64,000 nt of DNA from Felis catus (Eukaryota), in NCBI RefSeq assembly GCF_018350175.1, contig NC_058368.1, forward strand, positions 148,616,001-148,680,000. Reading direction: 5' to 3'. Made by a program: the position numbers and the translations under genes. Positions 26,677 through 38,830 of this stretch are shown piece after piece; the stretch's first letter is position 1; each line of letters opens with the position of its first letter. The notes under the pieces were generated by a model. That model saw nothing but the letters and a program-made list of their open reading frames with translations. It searched no databases and was not told where the DNA came from.

Positions 26677-27199
26677 TTGAGAAAGAGACATTTTTTTAAA
26701 GACAGTGTCTCAAAAAGTCCTCACATTACAATTTTAAGGTGTGTTAACACATTTTTGAAGTATTTGGGATGCAAGAAAATATGGATTACTGGGCATTGTG
26801 AGTATATCTAATTTGGTAATTATAGGGAAGAGGACCTACTACTTAGTACAATTATAAAGGGGAGATCAAAAGAATCCAAAATGTAGTATGGTTTAACATT
26901 GTTAATGATGACAGCAGAAAGCAGGTAGGAAAGAGGCAATGGACTAACATCTCAACAGACAAAAGGTATCAGCAATCAGGACATTGCTTTTCTGATTTAC
27001 AGTCAAGATGCAATTTATGCACAGGAAAGGGTATCTAGAGTCTATTGCAGGCTGTAGTGGGGACATGATACTCAGGAATATAAGTTGAAAATAAAGCCAT
27101 GGGCTAAGAGACTTGTCTAGTTTACTCCAACCTTCTTCCTTTAGTCAATTATTGAACACATTTTAAGTGAGTAAATTATATGTGTGTGGTCTTGCTCAA

Positions 27200-27700
27200 A
27201 GTGTTGGGGATTTGTTTTATATTAATTGGTGTGCTACAATTCAATTCTGACACTAACCATCCAGAGTTAGGGCAGACCCCAAAAGATGCCAGCCACAGAT
27301 GGGGTTCTCAGCCCACCACTTCTCACCAAATGACTATAAATCTGGGAATTTTCCATAATTCCCCTCAGGATTGACAACTGCTAGTCTAACTCACAGATCT
27401 CGGGGAAGCCCTATATTTACTATTAATAGTTTTACTGTAAAGGACACAAATCAGTCAAGCCAAATGAAGACACAGACAGGGCAAAGTCTTAAAGGCCCAG
27501 AATGTAGAGCTTTCTTGCCCTCCCCTATTCTAGTTGAATCAAGCTGTATTATCTTCCTGGAGTTAACTTATTAGCATGAACTCACAGGTTCACGCTAAAG
27601 GGCTCATAAATAACAAAACACTGATTTCAATCTGGAAATTTCAAGATTTTAGAAACTCCACTCCAGGAACCAGAGATAAATACTACACATATTCTTAACA
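27200..27700 (-). mobile_element. LTR, MER21-like
   Basis: tacaattcaattctgacactaaccatccagagttagggcagacccc...tgactataaatctggg...ccaggaaccagagataaa. Confidence 0.6.
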
Positions 27701-27751
27701 ATAGGAATAGAACAGAGAACTAGGAAGACCAGGTTTACATTCTAATGTGAT

Positions 27752-27758
27752 GATAGAT

Positions 27759-27794
<36 letters not shown>
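27752..27794. repeat. (GATA)n microsatellite
   Basis: Seen directly. Confidence 0.95.
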
Positions 27795-28084
27795 TGAACA
27801 AACAGATGAATGTATATTATTTGATAGCTACTTTATTTATATCTTCAGGTTCAGGAAGGCATCTTTGAGAAAAAAAAATATTTCAACTGAGATCTGAACA
27901 ATACCAATGCAACTGGTCAAGGATAAATCTAAGGACACTCTAAGCAAAATAACAGGTAGACAAGGCTCTAAGCCAGAAAGAAATTTGCTTTTCCCACGTG
28001 CCTCTCAATTTACAAGGCCCTTTACTTCTTCTCCAGTCCACAAACTTGAAATAGAATACAGCAATTAAAAGCATGTGTTATAAG

Positions 28085-28200
28085 GTCTGTGGGGAATTCG
28101 GTTCTGTCATAGTTTATGACTTGAGTAAAATAGCGTCTTTTTTAGGCCTCATTTCCTCACATGTAAATTGGAAATTATAATAGTACTGACTTCAGAATAT
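28085..28200 (+). mobile_element. MIR relic
   Basis: tgacttgagtaa...ggcctcatttcctcacatgtaaattggaaattataatagtac, the MIR core. Confidence 0.7.
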
Positions 28201-28746
28201 TCAAGCAACAGTGAAAGCAAGGAGACCAATGTTTACAAAGAGAAAAAGGCTGCAACCCCATAACTGTAACCCAAGACAACATATGCCAACAAAGGTAAAG
28301 AAAAGCATTTGTAAAAATGGAAGATTTAAGCAACTCTGGGAACAGCATACTTCATCCACAAAAACACTAATCATAAAAGGACTCGGATCAAATAACAAAT
28401 GAACAAAACAAGGAACAAACAAAAAGAAACATGAAATAGAAATAGTTATGAGTAATGACTATATTAGGAGAAAAATGGAGTGTCTGTATTGTACCAAAAA
28501 TTGACATAGTAGAATTCTTGAAACAGAATGGGCATACTGAAAGGAAAACTTTAATAACAGAATTAAATATAAAATTTGAAAGTGACTGTTAATAAAAGGG
28601 AAGAAAGTATTCCAAAGATTTTATTTAGGATGGAGTAGAGACAAGAGAGGAAATCTTCTCAAAATGGCTCATCTTGTGGGGTTTGAAGACATTGAAAAAT
28701 AGAGCATTTTAGTAAGAGATAGTTTCTTGACTTTATATAATGATAA

Positions 28747-29381
28747 TGTCTTAGTTTGTCATAGATGTTGTAACAAAATACTACTGACTTGGTGGTTTAT
28801 AAATAACATAAATTTATTGCTCACAGTTCTGGAGCCTGGAAGTTCAAGATCAGGGTGTTGGCATGATCAAATTCCAGTGAAGGCTGTCTTCTGGGTTTCA
28901 GAAAGCTAACTTTTCTCTGTGTCCTCACATGATGAAAGAGGACAAAGGGGCTCTTAGGTCTCTTTTAAAAGAACATTAATCTCATTAAAGGACATGAAAC
29001 ACATTTTTAAAAAAAATAAATGGAGGGGCGCCTGGGTGGCGCAGTCGGTTAAGCGTCCGACTTCAGCCAGGTCACGATCTCGCGGTCAGTGAGTTCGAGC
29101 CCCGCGTCAGGCTCTGGGCTGATGGCTCAGGGCCTGGAGCCTGTTTCCGATTCTGTATCTCCCTCTCTCTCTGTCCCTCCCCCGTTCATGCTCTTTCTCT
29201 CTCTGTCCCAAAAAATAAATAAACGTTGAAAAAAATTTTTTTTAAAAATAAATGGAAAATTACACAATAGTTATTCCACTTTAGTTGTAAGAAAGGACCC
29301 ACACCTCCCAACACATTCATAGCCCGCATTAGGATTTCAATATAAGAATTTTGGTATAACACAAATATTCAGACCATAGCA
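28747..29381 (-). mobile_element. MaLR LTR (MLT1A-like), interrupted by a SINE
   Basis: tgtcttagttt...aatttattgctcacagttctggagcctggaagttcaagatcagggtg...attcagaccatagca; TG...CA ends. Confidence 0.85.
29025..29245 (+). mobile_element. Young cat-type Can-SINE
   Basis: ggggcgcctgggtggcgcagtcggttaagcgtccgac; perfect TSD aaaaataaatgga. Confidence 0.97.
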
Positions 29382-29417
29382 GACTATAAAATGTATCTGA
29401 TTATAATAAAGTTCCAT

Positions 29418-29757
29418 AGAATGCAAACTGGTAGTCACTCTGGAAAACAGTAGGGAAGTTCCTCAAAAAGTTAAACACTCACTTGTGGAATTTAGGAAAC
29501 AAAACAAATGAACATAGAGGAGGCAAAAAGAGGAAAACCAAGAAACAGACTTTTTACTATAGAGAATAAACTGAGGGTGACTGGAGGGGAGGTAAGCAGG
29601 GGGATGGGTGAAATATGTGATGGGGATTAAGGAGTACACTTGTCATGAGCACAGGGTGTTGTAATGGAAGTGTTGAATCACTTAATTCAGCATGAAACTA
29701 ATGTTGCACTGTATGATAACCAACTGGAATTTAAATAAAAAATTGGAAAAAAATAAT
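29418..29757 (+). mobile_element. 5'-truncated carnivore L1 3' end with internal deletion
   Basis: gcaaactggtagtcactctggaaaacagt...then 3'UTR to aactggaatttaaataaaaa. Confidence 0.85.
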
Positions 29758-29872
29758 AGAAAAACCCCATAGAGGAGATTAATTTTTCCTCTATTTTGTT
29801 TATCTCATCTTTCTAGAAGACTGCCTGGCACACAGAAAATATTCAAAGCTTTTTGAATAAGAACTAATAGTT

Positions 29873-30402
29873 ATTGGGAATGAAAAAAATTATTCTCTAC
29901 TATTCTTGCTTTTTCAGCTGATCTAAATAACCAAATTAGCAAAAGGCAGATAGGAAAAAAAAATTAATTACATACATATGAAGGCCCCATAAGAATGTAC
30001 GATCCACAGGTAGTCAGGGAAGTCATTTGAGCTTTATATCCATTCTGAGCTAAGGAGAAGGGAGGAGGCGTTAAAAAGAAGAAAATTCATGGGAAGATGG
30101 GTAAAGCAGATGTTTGGTAAATAAATGTTTGCCATACATTGCAGAGACAATGGGACCCAGAGATGAATTTGATCTCTAAGCCCTGCTGAACAATCCCAAA
30201 GCTTGTCATGCCTAGCCCATATTCTTTGTAGTTCACTGAAGTGATAGTTCTCTTCTTGGACCGGACCCTCTGTCTAAATTATTTCAGACAGTTCAGGGAA
30301 AAGGAAAGTTTTTTCTTGGATCTGCTGTATCTTGATTATATTTGTGCAAAATAATCCATATATCAAAGTTACATATTTTGGGGAGACTTCTGAACCCCTT
30401 CA
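29873..30402 (-). mobile_element. ERV1-class solo LTR (MER34-like)
   Basis: Reverse complement starts TGAAGGGGTTCAG...CCCCAAAATATGTAACTTTG...GATTATTTTG, like the MER34 family. Confidence 0.7.
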
Positions 30403-30650
30403 CAATTCAAGCACATAGCATATTCTATTACCAAACTGAAAAAATAGCAACTATAGTAATCCAGCAAAAAATAATAAAAGAAAGAAGAAAAAAATTATAT
30501 GAAATATAGTAAGATTTAAGAAGTAAAAGAGCACATTTGGTACAACTAAAGTTGAATAACTATTTTGTATTCTTTCATTCATTAAAAAATGATTTTTTTC
30601 AGAGTAAAAAACCCTAACCCAGCTATATTTTATTGAAAAGCGAAAAGAAG

Positions 30651-30710
30651 GGAAGGAAGGAAGGAAGGAAGGAAGGAAGGAAGGAAGGAAGGAAGGAAGG
30701 AAGGAAGGAA
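30651..30710. repeat. (GGAA)15 microsatellite
   Basis: Seen directly; perfect 60 bp. Confidence 0.97.
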
Positions 30711-31119
30711 CAGACAAATGAACCTCTTAAAACAAAAACAAAGTAAATACAAATTTAAAGGAGTAGACAAAGGGGCAACAGGTAAATGCAAATAAAAAGC
30801 AGAATTTGCTATATTCACATCAAGCTGGTTGAAATTTAAGAGTAAAACCAAGTGGGATAAAGAGGGAGATCACATAATGATAAAAGTTACAAATGTCAAA
30901 AATATAAGGTTTACATATGCATATGCACCGAAATATATAGCCAATAAATAAATAAATAAAAATATATTGGAAACTAGGGGAGATCTAGTCAAAAAAATAA
31001 GTAAGAGCACAGAGGAGCTGAGAGATAAAATGATTAAATTTGATTTAATAAATACAAGGGAAACTTGCTCATTATGGCACATATAATTTTCATATGTTTA
31101 TTTTTACAAAAATATCACT

Positions 31120-31607
31120 TGATGAGGGAGAATAATGCAAACTGACACCTACAGGTGGGATATGGCACTTCTGGCTGCCCCAGAACAAAGAAAAGGACAG
31201 AAAAAAAAATGATTAAACTGATAGAGTCTCCATCATTTACAAATATGTCATCAATAGCTTAATATCCAGGAACTCCCTACTATCTTAATGATAATGCTTT
31301 GCTAGAGGGAAAAACAACATTAGCTTGACAACAGCTAGGCTTCCAGTAGTCTGTGAGTCTTCATTAGTATATGGAAATCCCTTTAAGAAACTTCCTCTTG
31401 ACTTTATTTCCTTTGTCTCCACAGTATATAAGCAGTAACTTTTCACAACCCCAGTGCAGCTCTTTCTGCCCATGGGTCCTGGGCAGGGACATGTTTTGCA
31501 CCAAAGATGTCTTCACTTAATAAAATCACTTTTTTGCACCAAAGATGTCTTCAAGAATTCTTTCCTGGAGGTCAGCTCCAAACCCCCTTCAGTCCAAAAC
31601 CCCATCA
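31120..31607 (+). mobile_element. Carnivore ERV solo LTR with 5-bp TSD (tcact)
   Basis: tgatg...catca inverted ends, TATA-like gtatataag near 31425, aataaa near 31519, tcact at 31115-31119 and 31608-31612. Confidence 0.85.
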
Positions 31608-31621
31608 TCACTCATTGTTGG

Positions 31622-31824
31622 TTTTTTTTTTGTTCAATTTTTTAATGCTTTTATTTTGAGAGTGAGAGAATGCAAGCAAGGGAGGGCCAGAGAAGAAAAC
31701 AGAGAATCTGAAGCAGGCTCTGTGCTGTCTGCAAAGCCTCATATGGGACTCAAACCCACCAACAGTGAGAGCATGACCTGAGCTGAAGTTGGGTGCTCAA
31801 GTGACTGAGTCACCCAGGAGCCCC
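31622..31824 (-). mobile_element. Can-SINE
   Basis: T tail, gagaatctgaagcaggctc, catgacctgagctgaag, cacccaggagcccc. Confidence 0.9.
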
Positions 31825-31978
31825 AAAATATCACTCATTCTTAGACATAAGGAAAAATTATAATCACTACTGCCATCACCAACCACCAGGAGCAGCATAA
31901 TCATAACAACAATAAGAAAATTTTACAGGCCATACTCTGTTTTGCTTTTTTTGTTTTTTTAACACAGTGCTATGTGCA

Positions 31979-32185
31979 GTGGCGCCTGGGTGACTCAGTC
32001 CACGGAAGTGTTCATCAGCTCTGGTCATGATCTCATTGTTCATGAGTTAAAGCTCGAGCGTCGTGTTGGGCTTTCTGCTGTAAGCACTGAGCCCCGTTTG
32101 GATCCTCTATTCCCAACTCTTTCTACCCCTCCCCCACTCATGCTCACTCTCTCTCTCTCAAAAATAAAATGAACATTAAGAAAAT
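31979..32185 (+). mobile_element. Can-SINE
   Basis: ggcgcctgggtgactcagtc head; TSD cacagtgct(a/g)tgtgca. Confidence 0.9.
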
Positions 32186-32479
32186 CACAGTGCTGTGTGC
32201 AAAATAGTGGTTAAGTGATTATGTGAGTGTCTTGGAAAGTAAGAGGCAGAATACTTATTAACCCCAAAGGTAATTGAACTCAAGAGAACTAAAAAGTATT
32301 TAGCAAAATTAAAAAAAAAAAATGACATTCTTCATATTAAGTAACAGTAAATGCTAAATTTAGAGCAAAGTAATGGCATTATACCTTCATTATTAAGAAA
32401 TTAAAAATTAAGAGAACTTAGGACTCATCTGTAATGTAATTTCTTATTTGACTTCCCCAGTATTCATTCCTGATCCCGT

Positions 32480-33940
32480 TTTTGCTTGACCACATTGACT
32501 AAAGAAACAAGAAATGCTCTTTTCACCTTCTTTGCTGCTAAGGAGGCCATGTCCAAAAGTTCTAACCAATGATACAGGAGCAGATGTCTCTTGGATAGAT
32601 TCTGAAAAATATCTTTTTTCTGTTCTGATAAAAATGAGGAGATACCCCTGCAACTCCCCCTTTCCCAACATACTCCAGCTTGAATGAAGCCTGATGCCAA
32701 GATCATAGATCCAGCTATTGTGTGAACTTAAGAACGTTAATCATGAACCTGTGACAGAAAAAAAAACAGTAAGTAAAAACACAACCTACTATACCTTGAG
32801 TTGCACATAGGATATATGTCAACTAAAGCTGTGGTGTTAGCACAAATGGTAGGAACATTCATATGGTAGCATATAATGGTTACTTCTAGCTGCTTTTAGT
32901 CAAGTCTCCAAAAAGAGGTATGAACTCAAAGTTCTGAAAGCAATTGAAAGCAGAAAAAGAAGAAAACAAAGCTTTGCAAAGAGATAAATTCTCCACATGT
33001 GGCCTGCAGTCTAAGTGATTTAGAGTCCCATAATTTGTGGGCCTGCTGGGTTTCAAAACACAAAGTGTGTACCCCAAATTGAGACTAGTCAAAGCAGAGA
33101 AATAGCTAACACAGCAGGAGATAAGATTGATAAAATTAGGCAGCCAGTAGCAAAGGGAGGATTCTGGATGGTGTCTCTTCACCTAAGGCTATCATTTCAA
33201 ACTGCCTCAGGGCAACAGCTATGATGGGAAGGGGAAGAGGCCTAGATAGAACAAAGAGGCCAGTAAGCTAAAAGACAAGAAATTTTAAAGACTATGTTTA
33301 AGCAGAATTCTTAGCTAGCGTTACTTTTACAGGAAATGACTGGAAGAAAATATCCTTCAAACATAATACCTTTTCAAAGGAACTATTTTGCAAAAATAAC
33401 AGCATTTCTGGAGTGCAACAGTCTACAACTCTTCATCACCTATTACAAAAGCTGACATTTAAGGCATTCTCCTCAAAGTTCATCTCATTATGGCCAAGGG
33501 AGAAAAAAAGGTAAGAAAGATCATCTCAATATTATAAGCAGCAGCCAACAACAATGAATGATAGAGAGGTTCCTAGATGGCAAAAACAAGTTTGTATTTT
33601 CAGGGGGTGGGAAGGTGAAGAAAGGCACCTATCAGATACATTTATCTGGACAGTGATTTCTCATTTTTGCTCTCCATCATGAAGTCCCAGGAGCTAGGCA
33701 TCATTGATCAGTATGTATTTCCCTACTCTTTCCTTTATTTAAGGGGATTTTTTTTTTCAGTTATCCTCTTCCTGTTCAAATATTGCATTGTCAATGTGTC
33801 AAACAAAGATACAATGTCCTTTGGGCATGGATCACTAGAACATGAGGAGCTATATGTAGACCATAATAAGAGAAGTGCTACTAAACAACTAACCAAGATG
33901 TCTTGAATTTTAGACTCCCGCAGAAACTGAATGGAAGTTG
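32480..33940 (+). mobile_element. Decayed MaLR (MLT1J-like LTR plus possible internal sequence)
   Basis: ggccatgtccaaaagttctaaccaatga...ttctgataaaa resembles MLT1J; assignment of the downstream part is weak. Confidence 0.35.
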
Positions 33941-33942
33941 GT

Positions 33943-34430
33943 TGTGACAAACAGACTTAGCACAACCCTCAGTTTAACTAAACTTTCCACGGTCTTCTTC
34001 CTTACTGGAGGCTTCTGATCACTTTTCTTAGGACATTTACTTTAGAAAACTTAGAATGGTAAACTCTATCTCTGCCCCCTTGAGATACAACTATTTTTTA
34101 AAGCCTTTGGCCACTTTAACAATCCAGAAATATCTTTCTCAAGGACCAGGAAATCATGCTTTTGAAATGTAACCATAAAAGAAGATAGTGCTCCTACCTT
34201 CCATCTCTAAGGGAGGGCAAGAGCCTAACTTCTTTGGGGCATGTTGCTCCAACTTGTAAAACCACCTTCTGCTGTAAAGATGGGAGACAATTTACTTCTC
34301 TTTTGGGAAAGCCAATTAACAAAGATGGGTATGATTTCCTCCCCACCCCAAGCTCTGTGAAGGTATACATATTCTTCTCTCTCTCTCTCTTTCTCTGTAT
34401 TTTTTTCTTTATGGTCTTGATTATATTGAT
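33943..34430 (+). mobile_element. ERV1-class LTR (MER34/MER39-like)
   Basis: ggacatttactttagaaaactt...tctttctcaaggaccagg...ttgaaatgtaacca...gaagatagtgctccta...gagcctaacttc. Confidence 0.65.
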
Positions 34431-34959
34431 AACTGTGGATGTTACAAATAAGAGCCAACAGCAAAAGAATTAAAAAAGACACTTGGCAAAAAAAAAAAAA
34501 AAAAAGATACTTGGCATCAATGTAAACTGAACCATACTTGCCGCCTACAACCTTCAGACATAGTTTGTGTATTTTAAAAAACAATAAACTTTTTTTCTTT
34601 CACTAACAGTTATTCAGGTATTTAGTTAAAATATAGCCAAAAGAATTTCTCAAAGCCATTAGCATCTTCAGAAAGTAAAAAAATAAAAAGAAAGCAAAAT
34701 ATTAAAATAAATATAACATTTGAAATTAAGTAAAAAAATAAGGACAGTCTTAAAAATTAACTTAAAATAAAATTTTAGTTGTAATTAATAAGATCAAAAC
34801 GTTACAAATGTGAATTCAGAAAAAAGGAAGAAAGGATGGAAATTAAGAATGAAAATAAGACAAAACAACTATGAAATGCTCATGTTAGATAACAAAATAT
34901 AAATTACCAAAGATGACAGCAAAAGCAAAAAACCTGAATAAACCAAAATGATAATAAAC

Positions 34960-35075
34960 CAAAAGGAGAAGAAGGAGAAGAAGAACAACAAAAAGAAGAA
35001 AAAGGTAGAGAAGAAAAAGATGGCAAAGGTGGAGGAGAGGAAGAGGAGGAAGAAGAAGCTTAATAGAAGAAGAAA
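34960..35075. repeat. Purine-rich (GAA/GAG) low-complexity tract
   Basis: Seen directly. Confidence 0.85.
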
Positions 35076-35099
35076 GTTACACAATTATTTAAATTACTT

Positions 35100-35995
35100 C
35101 ATGTCATGTTAGAGATAGAAATACCCCAATTCATTTCATAAACCAAGTACAAAAAGTATAACAACATTTCACAAGGACTATTAAGAACACTTGTATGCTA
35201 ATTTCATAGATGTTATTAACTTAAAAGTTGTAAATGAATATTAATTAAAAACAAGCAATTGTGCAAAAAAAGTTATACTATACCAAAGATAATTAACTTC
35301 AGGAAACGGAAGGTGATATTTTACCAGAGAAACCCTTAAAATAATTCATTACTGTAGCAAAGTTAGAAGAAAACTCTAAATATTTTATCAATAAATATTT
35401 ATTTTATGATTTGATCGAAAAACTTAAATTTGGAGTAACAACTAAATAAAAGATTAGATTTCAAAATAAATGCCGATTGATATTCTAAATGAGGAAATAC
35501 TTATTAAAGGTAGTTTAAATCAGGAATTGGATAAGCAAATTCTTACCTTTGTATTTAATCTTGTCTTGAAATATAATACAAGTTATAAAACTAGAAAATT
35601 AAATTACTTGTATGAATAGTGGAAAAGTAAGTTCTAAAACATTTAGTTTTGATTGATATATAAATATATTCCTAGAAAAATGAAGAAAATACAAATAAAT
35701 ATAAAAAATATTCTATAGTAATTAATAAAAAATAAGAAACAAAAGGTATAAAGTGTAAATAAATGGCTTCTTTAGTCTATTAGTCTATTTAGTCTAGGGT
35801 ATACAAATACTCTAGGGAAAATTTTAAAACCATCATATAACAGTAAATATAAAACTATATAAAATACTTGTGAAGGAAGACCTAGTAGCAACTAGGAAAA
35901 AATATATGTATGTTTTTCTGAAAGGCATGAAATATAATCATAAATCATAACAAGTAGAAAAAGAAAATTCAAGCACCTGGATAGGAAAATTCAAA
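35100..35995 (+). mobile_element. Very decayed old L1 ORF2 remnant
   Basis: A-rich with residual motifs aaatcaggaa, tgatatataaatatattcctagaaaa, ctggataggaa. Confidence 0.45.
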
Positions 35996-35998
35996 ACA

Positions 35999-36205
35999 GG
36001 GGCACATGGTTGGCTCAGTCAGTTAAGCATCCAACTCTTGATCTCAGCTCAGGTCACAATCTGTTTGTGGTATGGAGCCCCATATCTGGCTCTGTGCTGA
36101 AAGCGTATAGCCTGCTTGGGATTCTCTATTTTTCTTTTGCTCTCTCTGCCCCTGTCCCACTAGCTCTCTCTCTCTCTTTCAAAATAAATAAGTAAACCTA
36201 AAAAA
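35999..36205 (+). mobile_element. Can-SINE
   Basis: ggggcacatggttggctcagtcagttaagcatccaactcttgatctcagctcagg. Confidence 0.9.
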
Positions 36206-36216
36206 ATATATATGTT

Positions 36217-36341
36217 GGGACACCTGGGTGGCTCAGTTGGTTAAGCGTCTTATTCTGGATTTCAGCTCAGGTCGTGATCTCACAGTTTGTGAGTTCAAGC
36301 CCCACATGGGGCTTTGCAGTGATAATGCTAGCCTTCTTGGG

Positions 36342-36394
<53 letters not shown>

Positions 36395-36450
36395 CTCTGC
36401 CCTTCTTCCACTTGCGTGATCTCTTTCTCAAAATAAATAAACATTAAAAT
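36217..36450 (+). mobile_element. Can-SINE with expanded (CT)n at 36344-36390
   Basis: gggacacctgggtggctcagttgg head directly after the previous SINE; long perfect CT run. Confidence 0.92.
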
Positions 36451-36595
36451 AATGTCAATTCATGTAATGTTCAAATATATAAAATGTATTCAATTTCTTT
36501 TAAAAACTTCACAAAGAAATCTTGAAATTGGATACATGAGTGCATTTATCATCCCTAGGAAGCCTGATAAATCTTCAAAATCCCTAAATTACAAC

Positions 36596-36735
36596 GGGAG
36601 AAATAGGTGAAGGGGATTAAAAGTAAACTTATTATTATTATAAGCACTGAGTAATGTATAGAATTGTGGAATCACTATATTGTACACTGGAAATTAATTA
36701 ACCCTGTATGTTAATTACACTTGAATTAAAATAAA
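36596..36735 (+). mobile_element. L1 3'-terminal fragment
   Basis: aagcactgagtaatgtatagaattgtggaatcactatattgtacac...ctgtatgttaattacacttgaattaaaataaa. Confidence 0.75.
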
Positions 36736-37559
36736 TGAATACTTTTTTAATTGGTAAACACAAGTAGAAACATACTAAAAACACAAATTGAAATAGGTAG
36801 TAAGCAGAAAATTAATGAGAAAGATGGAAATCCTTGAGCAAAACTGCAACTACAAGCATAGTCATAAAGAGAATAATCATGAGATGTGTGGCACAACAGA
36901 TTAGGTGACACATTTTCATTTAAGCCAGGTTCCCTGGAAGACTAAAGTTCTCCCATGTTGCCCTTAGAACCCCAGCAGAATCAAACAAAGTTCTCTTCAC
37001 AGGGGATCATTCCTCAATAGAGACTCCTATAATTCCCTCAATTAACATGAAATAGTAACTCATAATACTAGATCATAAAATCATGAAAAGAACCAACGTG
37101 AAATGAAGAAATGTTAACAGAAGACTTAGGTGTTAAAGTAGAGGAAGCAACAGACACAGAATATAAAATAATTACATATGAAATGCTTAAAGAAATAAAA
37201 TATGGATCACAAAATAAATGAAACAAATGAAAAACCCTATTAAAAAACAGTAACAACAGACTTCTGGATGCAGTCGTGACAGTATGGTTTGTGCACGCCC
37301 TCCTCCTTACAACTGCAGAAAAAGGCAGACAAATATATACTAGAACCACAGGAAGACACTGAAGAGCAACCAACATGAGCAGGACTAGAGAGGCTTCAAG
37401 GACTGATAAAAGGGAAGCACATCAAGGTGAGCTCCACAATCAGGACATCTGTTTTCTTTACGACATTTGCCTAATCTTAGAATGGCAAAATCAGTTATTG
37501 AGCAGAAAGTGACTGTCCCACTAGATAGATGGATAGTGATTAAAATATTGATGTACTAA

Positions 37560-38380
37560 ATTCTTTGGGGATTGTTTGAAGACCATTATTAACACCATAC
37601 ACCTATATAGCTGGCAGAAATAGAAAATTTATTATTGATAACTAGGATATGAATAAAAAGATATAGTAATTGTGGTTATATATTAAATTTATTTGGCCTT
37701 TCAAAAGATTTTCAATGGCTAATATAATTTTTTTTAAAGTTGACATATTCCTTGACATAGTAACCTACTTTCAGGAGAGAGTCCTGAATATTTTGGGCTT
37801 TCAGCCCAATATTTTGCTGATACTTGAGTAAAATATGGGCAGCCATTTTGGTTAGCTGAATTGCTAAATCAATCAGGAGAGAGTCCTTCCCAAAAAAATA
37901 AGAACATCTAGATGCTGCTATCTATATGAAGACATTTTCTGCATTTTCCATAAAGTAAAAAACTGGATGTAGTACTGATTGTCTATCAAAAAGGCTCTGG
38001 TTATGTATCTACACATTGGGAGAGGAATTTAAATATTTGAAAAAAAATGAATTTAACCAGGGGATTTGGAGAGATTACCATGTACTTTGAGTGAAGAGAA
38101 GATTAAGAATATTGTGTATAATATTCTGTCATTTTATAAAGCAAACACAATTCCTGTGAATGCACATGAGTGATTATGTGCACACATTGCCATATATAAT
38201 TAAATGAACTTCAGAATATATCTGTCAGGATATATAATTAATTTAAAACTGGTTGCTTGATTAGAGGAGGGGTATGACAACAGATGAGAGGAAAATAAAG
38301 ATGTGATTATCATATTCAACATTTATGTAAAAGTATATTTTTATATAAATATATGTAAATTTAATAAACATGTTTTTATT
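37560..38380 (+). mobile_element. Very old L1 (L1ME-like) 3' remnant hosting the templated insertion
   Basis: cttgacatagtaacctactttcagga resembles the L1 'DPAIPLLG' region; aaaaactgg...tgtctatcaa follows. Confidence 0.45.
37771..37887 (+). repeat. 87-bp insertion between 15-bp direct repeats, containing an exact 69-bp copy of 39508-39576
   Basis: tcaggagagagtcct at 37771-37785 and 37873-37887; 37804-37872 is identical to 39508-39576. Confidence 0.95.
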
Positions 38381-38689
38381 TCAAATTCATATATCTGAAT
38401 TGTGTCAACTTCTAAGCCAAGTATAAGGTAATTTTTATTATAATAAATTATTAAGATGCAACCTTACCTATCAATGTTTTCTAGAATTTGTCTAAATTGT
38501 GTACTATGGAATATTTGTGGCTTAATGAAAATATATACAGGTATTTTCCAAATTAATAGTTCTCACTTTAACAGTGTGATAAACTGCATACACTATATTC
38601 TCTTCTAGATAATTCACAATGCTCATTCATCTATATAAGGTTCTGAAAAGTTTTTCAATAAAAAGCTATTTAAGTTTGATTAACTGAAT

Positions 38690-38830
38690 ATTTCTCAGCT
38701 TTGCTCTGCCATAAATTAGCTCTCTAAACTTTGGTATAGATTTTAACCCCTCATGGACTTTTTCTAATCTCTAAAATGTAGGCAGGATTTTATTACCTTT
38801 GATGATCTTTCTAGTTCTGAAATTCTACAC
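38690..38830 (+). mobile_element. MIR relic
   Basis: gctctgccataaattagctc...tttctaatctctaaaatg...tttctagttctgaaattcta. Confidence 0.5.

Noticed and set aside
29025..29110. A/B boxes as a tRNA gene
   Set aside because: This is the tRNA-derived head of a Can-SINE, followed by the SINE body, tail and TSD.
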